46,398 nucleotides of DNA from Ilumatobacteraceae bacterium (GTDB lineage: Bacteria; Actinomycetota; Acidimicrobiia; Acidimicrobiales; Ilumatobacteraceae): contig JBILFO010000001.1 of assembly GCA_044351505.1 (NCBI GenBank), positions 1 through 46,398 on the forward strand, read 5' to 3'. The notes under the pieces are model-generated. The model was not told where the DNA came from, did not search any database, and was given only the letters and a program-made list of their open reading frames with translations. Positions 35,377 through 44,387 of the stretch are shown piece after piece. Positions within the stretch are counted from its first letter, which is position 1; every line of letters starts with the position of its first letter. The translations under genes and the position numbers were made by a program.

Positions 35377-36528
35377 TCAGCGTGCGCCAACAGCCAGGAG
35401 CGGAACATCGATTTCGTCAGATGTCAGCGAGCCATGGCGACATTGCAGATCGAAATACGACTTGTCTGCTGGGTCGTCAAAGCTGACATCAGCCTTGGCC
35501 ATCACTGCCACGTCACCAAGCCGACGACGCACCACATCACTGACGTGGCGACCAAAGAATCCACCGTCGATCATTTCGTCACGCGTCATCACCCAGGCCA
35601 CATCCCCATGGTGGCTACGGGCAGCAGCAGCCACCTCGTCAGCTCGACCACTGTTGGCGTGCAGCCAGCGAAACCGCCCCTCACCCGACTGATGCGACAA
35701 GTGGCGCGTCACATCTGGATGCAGCAGCGATGTGCGCTCGCCCACCATGACCTGGCCGTGATCGGCAGTCACCACAAGCACCGCACCAGCCGGCAGAACG
35801 GATGCGATGTCGGCCACGATTCGGTCGGCGGTCAATACTTCGGCGTCATAGTGCTCACCGAAGCCACGCTCGTGGGCAATTTTGTCAACACCGTCGTAGT
35901 AGCAGTACACAAACTTTTCACCGCGCGCCAACAAGCTGCGCACATCCACCACCATGCTCGACGGTGCGCGCCAACTGAATAATTTCTGATCTCGCAGATG
36001 TGCCTCCGTGAATGCTGTGCCATCAAACTCGGCTTTCGACAGCACGGGAATGGTCGCCCCCAAAAACGGCGGGCACGGTTGCACATCCCGAGGCATCAAT
36101 CGGTGTCGGGCGTCGCCGCGGTCGTCGGCCCACCGCAGCATTTGCACCACGCGGCCCGCAAAGTCGATTCGGTAGCCGACCATTCCGTGCTCACCTGGTG
36201 CTGCCCCTGTGGCAATCGACGTCAATGCGGTCACTGTGGTGGTCGGTGCAATCGTCGTGATAGCACCGCCCTGCATCGCAGCAAAGGTCGGTGCACAGGT
36301 TGGGTTTTCACGGATTCGGTCTTGGAGTTGGTGCCAGCCCAAACCATCGACAACCAACAACACCACTTGACGTGCGCCACGAACAATGTCGGGGAAAAAC
36401 GCCGGCAGCTTGTCGGTGCCCCCTGGCCCGAGGAGTGCAGGCACGATATTGGTGACGCACGCACCGCCATAGTCAGGGCACCGTGGGGTTGCATCAATGA
36501 TGCGCGGGGCTCGTGACATCTCGCTCAC
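35377..36528 (-). CDS. alkaline phosphatase superfamily protein (nucleotide pyrophosphatase/phosphodiesterase-like)
   Basis: VLLVVDGLGWHQL metal-site Asp, TTTVTALTSIATGAAPGEHGMVGY nucleophile region, VVTADHGQV. The start is GTG 36528 or ATG 36519. Confidence 0.75.
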   Translation of the reverse strand: MSEMSRAPRIIDATPRCPDYGGACVTNIVPALLGPGGTDKLPAFFPDIVRGARQVVLLVVDGLGWHQLQDRIRENPTCAPTFAAMQGGAITTIAPTTTVTALTSIATGAAPGEHGMVGYRIDFAGRVVQMLRWADDRGDARHRLMPRDVQPCPPFLGATIPVLSKAEFDGTAFTEAHLRDQKLFSWRAPSSMVVDVRSLLARGEKFVYCYYDGVDKIAHERGFGEHYDAEVLTADRIVADIASVLPAGAVLVVTADHGQVMVGERTSLLHPDVTRHLSHQSGEGRFRWLHANSGRADEVAAAARSHHGDVAWVMTRDEMIDGGFFGRHVSDVVRRRLGDVAVMAKADVSFDDPADKSYFDLQCRHGSLTSDEIDVPLLAVGAR

Positions 36529-36547
36529 CAGTCAACCAGCGCCTGCG

Positions 36548-36553
36548 TACCAT
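36548..36553 (+). promoter_or_regulatory. candidate -10 hexamer (TACCAT) for a leaderless rrf2 transcript
   Basis: TACCAT, 6 nt (ggagac), then GTG 36560. Same layout as TACCGT-N6-GTG upstream of inhA. Confidence 0.25.
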
Positions 36554-36559
36554 GGAGAC

Positions 36560-37009
36560 GTGCGGATCTCAACCCGGGGCGATTATGCGTGTCGCGCCTT
36601 GTTGTCGCTGGCCTTGCACACCGACGAACCCGGACCAATTTCTGTGCGTGACATTGCCACTCGAACGGCTCTACCCCAGCCGTATCTCGAACAAATTTTG
36701 CTGGCGCTAAAAGGTGCAGGTTTGGTGCACTCCAAACGCGGAGTTGGCGGCGGCTACACCTTGGCGCGTCACCCAGACAAAATTTTGTTGTCCGAAATAC
36801 TCGCTGCGGTTGACGGGCCTATTTCACTCGGCGATTTTGGTGAACCGCATCACGACGGAGCCTGTGACCACGAGGGCCAGTGCGTGTTGTTGGCGATTTG
36901 GCATTCAGTCGGTGGCCACATGCGCGACCATCTCGCCCAGTTCACCTTGGGTGGTGTGCTCGCTGCTGCCCGCGGTGACGCACCGTGGCCCGGTGAACCG
37001 CATCACTAA
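36560..37009 (+). CDS. Rrf2 family transcriptional regulator
   Basis: V/M-RISTRGDYACRALLSLA...ISVRDIA...PYLEQILLALKGAGLVHSKRGVGGGYTLAR winged-helix region. GTG 36560 gives the canonical Rrf2 N-terminus. ATG 36497 would add 21 aa and overlap the divergent gene. Confidence 0.8.
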   Translation: MRISTRGDYACRALLSLALHTDEPGPISVRDIATRTALPQPYLEQILLALKGAGLVHSKRGVGGGYTLARHPDKILLSEILAAVDGPISLGDFGEPHHDGACDHEGQCVLLAIWHSVGGHMRDHLAQFTLGGVLAAARGDAPWPGEPHH

Positions 37010-37033
37010 GACGTGCTCATCAAGACGTGCTGA

Positions 37034-37978
37034 TTAGGAAAGTCCCGCCAGCAACTCGACAAAATCTGCTGGTTGTGGGGCGTGGAATGTGCAACGCTCA
37101 CCAGTGCGCGGATGGTCAAATGCCAATTCGCGGGCATGCAACATCGGTCGCCCCACACGCAACCCGGCCCGCACACCCCCATACGTGGGATCTCCGACTA
37201 CCGAGTGACCAATCGAAGCCAGATGCACTCGAATTTGGTGAGTGCGACCAGTTTCGAGACGGCACTCGATGAGTGCTGACTCTTTTGGTGTGTGAAACAT
37301 TTGCTCGACCGCGTAATGGGTTCGCGACGGTCGCCCATCGATAACCACTGCCATCTTGGTGGGGTCGCGCTGATCACGGCCAATCGGTGCATCAATCACT
37401 CCGTGCATCGATGCCGGATTGCCCCACACCAACACCGAATACACCCTCGTCACACTGCGCGCAGCAAGCTGGCCAACTAGCGATTCGTACGCTGCGTTGT
37501 TGCGCGCCACAGCAACCAGGCCAGTAGTGCCGGCATCCAAACGATGCACCAATCCAGGTCGCATTCGGTCGCCCACATCCACAATGTCGGGATACGCCGC
37601 CAGCAGATAGTTGACCATCGTGCCGGCCTGGTTTCCTGCACCGGGGTGCACGACCAAACCGGCGTCTTTGTTCACGATGAGTACGTCTTCATCGGCGTAC
37701 ACGATGTGCAACTGACGTGAGTCGTCAGCCAACGGAATCGCGGGGCCAGTGGCTTGTGCGATATCGACGCTGATGGTTTGACCTTGGGTGACTTTTTCTT
37801 TACCCGCCGTCACCACTTTGCCTTCAACAGATACCCCACCGACTTCGATGAGCGCTGCTGCAGCGCTGCGACTGATGTCAGCAATCAGTGATACAACCCG
37901 ATCGATGCGCATTCCATCGAGTGATGTCGGAATTTCTTCGGTGACCCGCCGAGCGATGCCAGTGGTGTCGTCGCTCAT
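37034..37978 (-). CDS. rluD: RluA family 23S rRNA pseudouridine synthase (RluD-like)
   Basis: N-terminal S4-like domain, catalytic HRLDAGTTGL, TGRTHQIRVH motif. ATGA overlap with the lspA stop. Confidence 0.9.
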   Translation of the reverse strand: MSDDTTGIARRVTEEIPTSLDGMRIDRVVSLIADISRSAAAALIEVGGVSVEGKVVTAGKEKVTQGQTISVDIAQATGPAIPLADDSRQLHIVYADEDVLIVNKDAGLVVHPGAGNQAGTMVNYLLAAYPDIVDVGDRMRPGLVHRLDAGTTGLVAVARNNAAYESLVGQLAARSVTRVYSVLVWGNPASMHGVIDAPIGRDQRDPTKMAVVIDGRPSRTHYAVEQMFHTPKESALIECRLETGRTHQIRVHLASIGHSVVGDPTYGGVRAGLRVGRPMLHARELAFDHPRTGERCTFHAPQPADFVELLAGLS

Positions 37979-38487
37979 AGGGCTGTGTCTGACTGTTGTG
38001 CTTGCGAGCCTGTTGAGCCAAGCCGCGGCGAACTGGGGCGCAACGATGCCACGATCATGAGCACAGCCCCGATCGAAATCGCCGAGTCAGCCACGTTGAA
38101 CACCGGAAACCATTGCAGGTCTACGAAGTCAACGACTGCGCCCCGCAACCAAGCCTCACCGCGAAATGCTCGATCAATCAAGTTGCCCAGGGCCCCACCC
38201 ACGATGAGCCCAGCAGCAACCGCTGCCAGGCCTTGGGCTTGACGACGCAGCCAGAGCACCATCACAATCACTACGACAAACCCCAAGGCTCCGATGACGG
38301 GCCCAGCTCCGGTGGCCTGAGAAAACGCCATTCCTTTGTTGAAGACCAAATTAAAGCGCAGCGAGCCCACCAGATCAATGGTGCGATTATCTGAAAGTCG
38401 ATTCAATGCCCATTGCTTGGTGAGTTGGTCAACAACAACGATGGCTGCAATGAGCAGCCCAAGTCGTTGCGACTGGGCTCGGCTCAT
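37975..38487 (-). CDS. lspA: lipoprotein signal peptidase (signal peptidase II)
   Basis: VVVDQLTKQWA, NKGMAFS and VVDFVDLQWFPVFNVADSAISIG motifs. 4 TM. ATGA overlap with the upstream gene. Confidence 0.9.
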   Translation of the reverse strand: MSRAQSQRLGLLIAAIVVVDQLTKQWALNRLSDNRTIDLVGSLRFNLVFNKGMAFSQATGAGPVIGALGFVVVIVMVLWLRRQAQGLAAVAAGLIVGGALGNLIDRAFRGEAWLRGAVVDFVDLQWFPVFNVADSAISIGAVLMIVASLRPSSPRLGSTGSQAQQSDTAL

Positions 38488-39689
38488 CGACTGCCCAGAC
38501 CGCCAGCCCGTTCCGTAACGAGCTCAGTGGTCCACGGCAGGGCTTCGAGACGTTCCCGCGGAATCGGCAGACCCGAATACAACGAGTATCCATATTCACC
38601 GATTTGCATTCGCTCCAAAGCAGCATCAATGGCATCAACTTCGGCCAACGCTTGGTCAGAAAGAATCAGGTCGCGCTCGCGCTCGACCACCATGGTGTCG
38701 CCTTCTCCGCCTTCTTCACCGAAATCCACGTCGCCCATCTCTTGGTTGGCCACGATCTCTGCCGCTTCTTGCACGAGCCGCTTGGCCTGACCGACCAACT
38801 CGATTCGCTTGGATAACAGCAGCGCTTTTTGCGCGCGCAAAAACGCGAGGTCGAATTCAACAGTTGCGGTAATTCCGTCGACTGGCTCGCTTTTGATGAT
38901 TGGCGGCTTGACCGGCTTGGCCATTGCTTTTTCTTGCTGGGCGCGGATACGAGCCTCTTCCTCATCACGCAGGGTGCGAATGCGGGCCCGCTCGGCTTCG
39001 CGCACTTGTCGCTCGGCGTCTTTGGCCTTGGTGATTTTGTCGCGTTCACGCTGCTTTTCGCGCCGCTCATCGTCGATGGCTGCTCGTTTGCGGGCCTGCT
39101 CGCGCTTGCGCTCTTCAGTTGCAACTTGTCGTTCGAGGTCGCGGCGACGCTTCTCGGCGAGTTTCAATTTGAGGACGCGATTGCGTTCAGCGAGTTTTTC
39201 TTTGGCGATGCGCTTGCGGTCACGCTCGGCGGCGATACGTGCCTGCTTGCGGTCGCGTTCTGCTGCGAGGCGCGCCTGCTTACGCTTGCGCTCGTCAGCC
39301 TTGCGCTGCTGTGCTTGCTTGCGGCGCAGAGCTTCGGCCTTGCGTTGTGCTGCCCGACGATCGGTCTCTGCTTTTTTCTTGGCCGCCTTACGACGCTGTT
39401 CGTCCTGGGCTTTTTTCGCCTTGCGACGTTTTTCGTCTTGAATTTTCTTCATCTTGCGACGTTTGTCCTCTGCTGCCCGCTTGGCCTTGCGGCGGCGGAG
39501 TTCTTCGATCTTGCGACGTTTGGCAGCAGCCTGCTTTTGCAGGGCTACTTTCTTGGCCAAGGCTTGCTTCTTAAATGCAACCTTCTTGGCTAACGCTTGC
39601 TTTTTGGCAGCAGCCCGTTTGGCTGCGGCTTTCTTCTGCGCAATGGCCTTTTTCTTCTGGGCTGCCTTGCGCCTGGCGGCTGCATTCAT
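38484..39689 (-). CDS. DksA/TraR-like protein lacking the zinc-finger cysteines, with a long basic/charged N-terminal extension
   Basis: ATG 39689 checked, 7 nt after the ileS stop. aa 1-58 are AKKA-type basic repeats. aa 59-256 are E/R/K/A/Q-rich. aa ~275-395 are DksA-like (DQALAEVDAIDAALERMQIGEYGYSLYSGLPIPRERLEALPW). Conserved ileS-dksA-like-lspA-rluD gene order. Confidence 0.7.
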   Translation of the reverse strand: MNAAARRKAAQKKKAIAQKKAAAKRAAAKKQALAKKVAFKKQALAKKVALQKQAAAKRRKIEELRRRKAKRAAEDKRRKMKKIQDEKRRKAKKAQDEQRRKAAKKKAETDRRAAQRKAEALRRKQAQQRKADERKRKQARLAAERDRKQARIAAERDRKRIAKEKLAERNRVLKLKLAEKRRRDLERQVATEERKREQARKRAAIDDERREKQRERDKITKAKDAERQVREAERARIRTLRDEEEARIRAQQEKAMAKPVKPPIIKSEPVDGITATVEFDLAFLRAQKALLLSKRIELVGQAKRLVQEAAEIVANQEMGDVDFGEEGGEGDTMVVERERDLILSDQALAEVDAIDAALERMQIGEYGYSLYSGLPIPRERLEALPWTTELVTERAGGLGSR

Positions 39690-39696
39690 GACCCCG

Positions 39697-42600
39697 TCAG
39701 AGTAGCCGCTCTACTCCCACAAAAAGTGGCATGTCATCCAATGTCGTATTGGCCGTATTGCCGTTGTCGCCCACCGCCGTAACGAGCAACTCACGTGCCA
39801 GGGTCTCGCTTTGCACCATCGCTGCATGGGCCTGCACCGCTGCGGCCACATCGTCAGGTGCGCCGAGCGTCAATCGAATGCGATCTGACACGTGCAGGTC
39901 TGCATCACGGCGCGCTTGTTGCACCAGACGGATCACATCACGGGCGACTCCCTCGCGTTTCAAGTCGTCATCAACAACCAGATCCAACACCACGATGCCC
40001 GATCCGTCGCCCAGCGCCGTGCTACCCCGTTCGCCGGCACCAATAGCCACCAAGGTGAGCGAATATTCGCCTTCGCGCAACTCCACACCGCCAGCCACCA
40101 CGCGGTCTGCTTCGATCGACCAGTCGCCTTGCTTCACTGCACGAATCACTTTTTGTGTTTCGGCTCCGAGACGCGGCCCGAGAGCCGCAGGTGTGACCAC
40201 GAGTTCGCGCCGAGCATGTTCATCCACGTTGGCGCTCAGCACCACTTGCCGCACGTTGACTTCGTCTTTAATCACATCGACAAATTCGCCGAGCTTGGCA
40301 GCCCGCGAACTAGCGACAATCAACGACGCCAGCGGCTGGCGCACCCGCAATTGGTGCACCTTGCGCAACGACAAAGTCGAAGAGCACACGTCGCGTGCCA
40401 GGTCCATCGATTCCACGAGTTCGTCGGCTGCCGCCAAACCTTTGGTGGTTGGCCAACTCGTCAGGTGCACGCTGCGCTCACCAGTGAGGCCGCGGTAGAT
40501 CTCTTCAGTGATCAGCGGCATCAGTGGTGCCGCCACCCGACACACGATGGTGAGCACGCTGTGCAGTGTGTTGATAGCGGCTTGTTCGGCTTCCCAAAAA
40601 CGATCACGACTGCGGCGGATGTACCAGTTGGTGAGCACGTCCAAGAACTCGCGCACATGGGTGCAGGCATCAAACAAGTCGTTGCGTTCGAAGGCTGCCG
40701 TCGAAGCGTCGACCATCGAGCGCGCCTTGGCCACGATGTAGCGGTCAAGCACGTTGGGGCTTGAGGTGTCGAAGGTACCGCGCACACCGCCAGCGTTGGC
40801 ATACAACGACAAGAAATACCATGAGTTCCACAACGGCAGGATGGTCTGGCGCACGGTGTCGCGAATGCCGGCTTCGGTAACCGAGAAGTCGGCTCCCCGC
40901 AATATCGATGACGACAACAAATACCAGCGCATCGCGTCTGCGCCGAATGTGTCGAACACCTGCATCGGGTCGGGATAATTGCGCAGGCTCTTCGACATTT
41001 TTTGTCCGTCATCGCCGAGCACGATTCCGTGGCTCACACAGCTCTTGAATGCAGGGCGGTCGAACAAGGCAGTTGCCAACACATGCAGGGTGTAAAACCA
41101 GCCCCGGGTTTGCCCGATGTATTCCACGATGAAATCGCCTGGATAGTGGCTTTCGAACCACTCGCGATTCTCGAACGGGTAATGCACTTGGGCGAACGGC
41201 ATCGAGCCACTCTCGAACCAGCAGTCCAGAACCTCTGGCACGCGGCGCATCATCGACTTGCCGGTTGGGTCATCCGGATTCGCCCGCACCAAATCGTCGA
41301 CAGCCGGGCGATGCAACTCGGTGACACCCACGCCGAAGTCGCGCTCTAGATCAGCGATGCTGCCGTACACGTCGATGCGCGGGTAGTCGGGGTTGTCGCT
41401 ACGCCACACGGGAATGGGCGAACCCCAGAAGCGGTTGCGGCTAATTGTCCAGTCGCGGGCATTTTCTAGCCACTTGCCAAAACTGCCGTCTTTGACGTGT
41501 TCTGGAACCCAGGTGATCTGCTGATTCAATTCCACCATGCGCTCTTTGATTGCAGTGACATTGACAAACCATGAACTCACCGCCCGATAAATGAGCGGTG
41601 TGCCCGTGCGCCAGCAATGCGGATACGAGTGGTCGTAAGTTTCGTGACGCAACACAACGCCTGCGTCTTTCAACTTCTTGATAATGAGTGGATTCGCCTC
41701 AAAGACCTGCATTCCGACAAAGTCGGTGATTTCTCCGGTGAACCTGCCACGCGAATCCACCGGCACCACGAGCTCGATGCCTGCATCAGCACAAACTCGT
41801 TGGTCGTCTTCGCCGAAACCTGGTGCAATGTGCACTACACCCGTACCGTCTTGCGTGGTGACGAAATCGCCGGCCAACACACGAAACGCCCCCAGACTCG
41901 CGCGGTCGGAAAAGTACGGCAGCAATGGCTCATAGGTTCGTCCCACCAAATCGCTGCCACGCATGGTGTCAACATGTTCGGCTCCGGCCAACTCGCGCTC
42001 ATACGACTCGCGTCGCTCGATGGCCATGATGTAGCGCACGCCGTTCAATTCATAAACGCCGTAGTCCACATCGGGGGCAACCGCTAGAGCCAAGTTGGAT
42101 GGCAGCGTCCATGGCGTGGTAGTCCAAGCCAACAGTCGCTCCCCTGTTTGTAAACGAAAACCCACCGTGAGCGCTGGGTCTTGCACCATTTTGTAGGTGT
42201 CGTCCATGCGAGTTTCAGAATTGGACAACGGTGTTTCAAGCACCCACGAATATGGCAGCACGCGAAAACCTTCGTAGATCAGCCCTTTGTCCCACAATGT
42301 TTTAAACGCCCACATAACGCTTTCCATGTAGGGCAAATCGAGCGTCTTGTAGTCATTGTCGAAATCCACCCAGCGCGCCTGGCGAGTTACATACCGCCGC
42401 CAGTCACTGGTGTATTGCAACACCGAGGTGTGGCAATGGTCGTTGAATTTGGCAATGCCAAAATCGGTGATGGCTTGGCGACCCGAGATGCCAAGTTGCC
42501 GTTCGGCCTCGGCTTCGGCCGGCAAGCCGTGACAGTCCCACCCGAATCGACGCTCGACGCGTTTGCCACTCATCGTGCGATACCGCGGGATGGCGTCTTT

Positions 42601-42828
42601 GACGAAGCCAGTCAACAAGTGGCCGTAGTGCGGCAAGCCATTAGCGAAGGGTGGCCCGTCGTAAAACACGAACTCGGCATCGCCATCGCCCGCTGATGTG
42701 CCGCTCGTGCGCGGATGCTGCTCGACGGATGCTTCAAAAGTGCGATCGGCCTGCCAAAAAGCCAGGATGCTTTCTTCGAGTTTCGACAGATTCGGCTGGG
42801 CCGCAACGTCGGGGTATGAACCAGCCAT
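39697..42828 (-). CDS. ileS: isoleucine--tRNA ligase
   Basis: 1043 aa, ATG 42828 checked. HIGH-type PHYGHLL and KMSKSLRNY motifs, CP1 editing domain. Confidence 0.95.
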   Translation of the reverse strand: MAGSYPDVAAQPNLSKLEESILAFWQADRTFEASVEQHPRTSGTSAGDGDAEFVFYDGPPFANGLPHYGHLLTGFVKDAIPRYRTMSGKRVERRFGWDCHGLPAEAEAERQLGISGRQAITDFGIAKFNDHCHTSVLQYTSDWRRYVTRQARWVDFDNDYKTLDLPYMESVMWAFKTLWDKGLIYEGFRVLPYSWVLETPLSNSETRMDDTYKMVQDPALTVGFRLQTGERLLAWTTTPWTLPSNLALAVAPDVDYGVYELNGVRYIMAIERRESYERELAGAEHVDTMRGSDLVGRTYEPLLPYFSDRASLGAFRVLAGDFVTTQDGTGVVHIAPGFGEDDQRVCADAGIELVVPVDSRGRFTGEITDFVGMQVFEANPLIIKKLKDAGVVLRHETYDHSYPHCWRTGTPLIYRAVSSWFVNVTAIKERMVELNQQITWVPEHVKDGSFGKWLENARDWTISRNRFWGSPIPVWRSDNPDYPRIDVYGSIADLERDFGVGVTELHRPAVDDLVRANPDDPTGKSMMRRVPEVLDCWFESGSMPFAQVHYPFENREWFESHYPGDFIVEYIGQTRGWFYTLHVLATALFDRPAFKSCVSHGIVLGDDGQKMSKSLRNYPDPMQVFDTFGADAMRWYLLSSSILRGADFSVTEAGIRDTVRQTILPLWNSWYFLSLYANAGGVRGTFDTSSPNVLDRYIVAKARSMVDASTAAFERNDLFDACTHVREFLDVLTNWYIRRSRDRFWEAEQAAINTLHSVLTIVCRVAAPLMPLITEEIYRGLTGERSVHLTSWPTTKGLAAADELVESMDLARDVCSSTLSLRKVHQLRVRQPLASLIVASSRAAKLGEFVDVIKDEVNVRQVVLSANVDEHARRELVVTPAALGPRLGAETQKVIRAVKQGDWSIEADRVVAGGVELREGEYSLTLVAIGAGERGSTALGDGSGIVVLDLVVDDDLKREGVARDVIRLVQQARRDADLHVSDRIRLTLGAPDDVAAAVQAHAAMVQSETLARELLVTAVGDNGNTANTTLDDMPLFVGVERLL

Positions 42829-42841
42829 TATGCGGCGTTAC

Positions 42842-43087
42842 TCACAAACCTGCAGATGCCAGCAATCGCTGCACGAACCCAAGTCCAAACACCACGACGA
42901 TGGGCGAAATATCAAGTGGCCCGATGTTAGGGATGATTCGTCGAGCTGGGCCCAAGACGGGCTCGGTGACCTGAAACAGCACGCGCGTCACTTGCGTAAG
43001 CGGGCCGCTCGAAGTGACGGGAAACCAGCTCAAGATGATTCGGGCAAAAATCACCAACGTGTAAAGAGAAATGAGTTGGGAAATCAT
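42842..43087 (-). CDS. yggT: YggT family membrane protein
   Basis: 81 aa, 2 TM. LISLYTLVIFARIILSWFP is typical of YggT/YlmG. Position downstream of sepF. GAGGAG lies 7 nt upstream of the ATG. Confidence 0.8.
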   Translation of the reverse strand: MISQLISLYTLVIFARIILSWFPVTSSGPLTQVTRVLFQVTEPVLGPARRIIPNIGPLDISPIVVVFGLGFVQRLLASAGL

Positions 43088-43138
43088 GGTCGGGCTCCTC
43101 TTGCGTGCAGCATTGCGGTGGGGTGATGGTATCGCCGA

Positions 43139-43696
43139 TTAGTCGCGGGGAATTCGCACACCGTTAGGGGTGAGACGAAAAACACCGCGCGAGATGCGCT
43201 CAAGCGAACCGTTGAGCGCAAAAGTAATCCCCGAAGCGAAATCGATTATTCGTCGCGCCTCTTCAGGTTCGGTGCTGATCATGTTCATGATCACGGGCTG
43301 GCCGCTCTTGTAGCGCTCACCAATTTCTTTGCAATGAGTGAACGAAGTTGGCTTCAGTGTCACGGGTTCAACTGCAGCGGCGTCCAACGCTTTTACATTT
43401 TTCGGTGGCTGACCAACTGGGCCACGCACAGTGACACCCGAATCGTCACGCTTGCGCGCTGGACGCGAAGTTGGCATGTTGCGTGCAGGCTCGGTGTAGT
43501 CCTCGTCGAGTTCATCATCGTCATAGCCACCTTCGTCAACATCGTCGTACTCGTCATAAGTGTCGGCGAGTCTGGCGTTGCGCGCCGGTTGACGACCACT
43601 GGCTGGGCGACGCGCACGCATCGACTGATCGCTGTCGTCATACGCTTCGTCAGCCCCGAGACCGAGATACTCCATGGCTCGGCGGAACATTGACAT
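43139..43696 (-). CDS. sepF: cell division protein SepF
   Basis: N-terminal MSMFRRAMEYLGL membrane-targeting helix, acidic low-complexity linker, C-terminal FtsZ-binding domain (SGQPVIMNM...ARRIIDFASG). Confidence 0.85.
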   Translation of the reverse strand: MSMFRRAMEYLGLGADEAYDDSDQSMRARRPASGRQPARNARLADTYDEYDDVDEGGYDDDELDEDYTEPARNMPTSRPARKRDDSGVTVRGPVGQPPKNVKALDAAAVEPVTLKPTSFTHCKEIGERYKSGQPVIMNMISTEPEEARRIIDFASGITFALNGSLERISRGVFRLTPNGVRIPRD

Positions 43697-43723
43697 GCGG
43701 TCAGATTACCTCATTAATGCGCA

Positions 43724-44377
43724 TCATTCGGGGAGTGGTCGCTCGCCGAACAAGGCCGTCCCCACCCGCACCATGGTGCTGCCCGCGGCAAGGGCTAGTT
43801 CGATGTCGCCAGACATGCCCATCGAGCACCCGGCAAGCTCCAGGTCGTCAGCGGCCTGACGCACGGCGCGGAATGCGGCTTGCGTGCGCTCGGGGTGGGC
43901 ATCAGTGGGGCCGACCGTCATGAGCCCTTCGACCACCAAACCACCCACACGGGCATGGTGCACCAGGCCTGCTGTGGCGTCCAAGGCACATCCCCCTTTG
44001 TCGGGTTCATCAGTGGCATTCACCTGCACATAAATACGGGCCCCAGGAGCTCGCTTCACGAGCTCGTCCACCAACGAGACCCGATCCACGCTCTGCCACA
44101 CCGCCACAATGCTGGCCAGCGAGCGAATTTTGTTGGATTGCAGTCGGCCGAGAAAGTGCACCGGCGGATGAGCCGGCGCCACCTCAGCGATTTTGGCGAT
44201 GGCTTCTTGGGCATAGTTCTCGCCAATCGCTTCGCACCCCAGACGATGCGCAATCTGCACCGCCTGGGCGCCGAAGCCTTTCGTGACCGCACACACGACC
44301 ACTGGCCCACGCGTGGCGCGCTGGTTGAGCAGCGAGCGAAGCTGCGTCAGCCGTTGCGCGATCGCTGGTTCGTCCAA
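43724..44377 (-). CDS. yggS: YggS family pyridoxal phosphate-dependent protein
   Basis: VVCAVTKGFG (PLP Lys), IGENYAQE, HFLGRLQSNK, MGMSGD motifs. TTG start 44377. Confidence 0.85.
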   Translation of the reverse strand: MDEPAIAQRLTQLRSLLNQRATRGPVVVCAVTKGFGAQAVQIAHRLGCEAIGENYAQEAIAKIAEVAPAHPPVHFLGRLQSNKIRSLASIVAVWQSVDRVSLVDELVKRAPGARIYVQVNATDEPDKGGCALDATAGLVHHARVGGLVVEGLMTVGPTDAHPERTQAAFRAVRQAADDLELAGCSMGMSGDIELALAAGSTMVRVGTALFGERPLPE

Positions 44378-44387
44378 CGTGATGTGA

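Noticed and set aside
37008-37031. Direct repeat AAGACGTGCT x2 (37008-37017 and 37022-37031) filling the 24-bp gap between the convergent rrf2 and rluD stops.
   Set aside because: There are only two 10-nt copies, one overlapping the rrf2 stop codon. There is no dyad symmetry and no further copies noticed in the window. Chance or a small duplication cannot be excluded, so it is too weak to call a site.
38809-39593. Two long plus-strand ORFs (210 and 254 aa) opposite the DksA-like gene.
   Set aside because: They are artefacts of the low-complexity AAG/CGC/GCC-rich repeat tract, which is open in several frames. The translated products are Ser/Arg/Ala or Leu/Phe/Cys runs with no start context. 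The minus-strand frame continues directly into a recognisable DksA-like domain.
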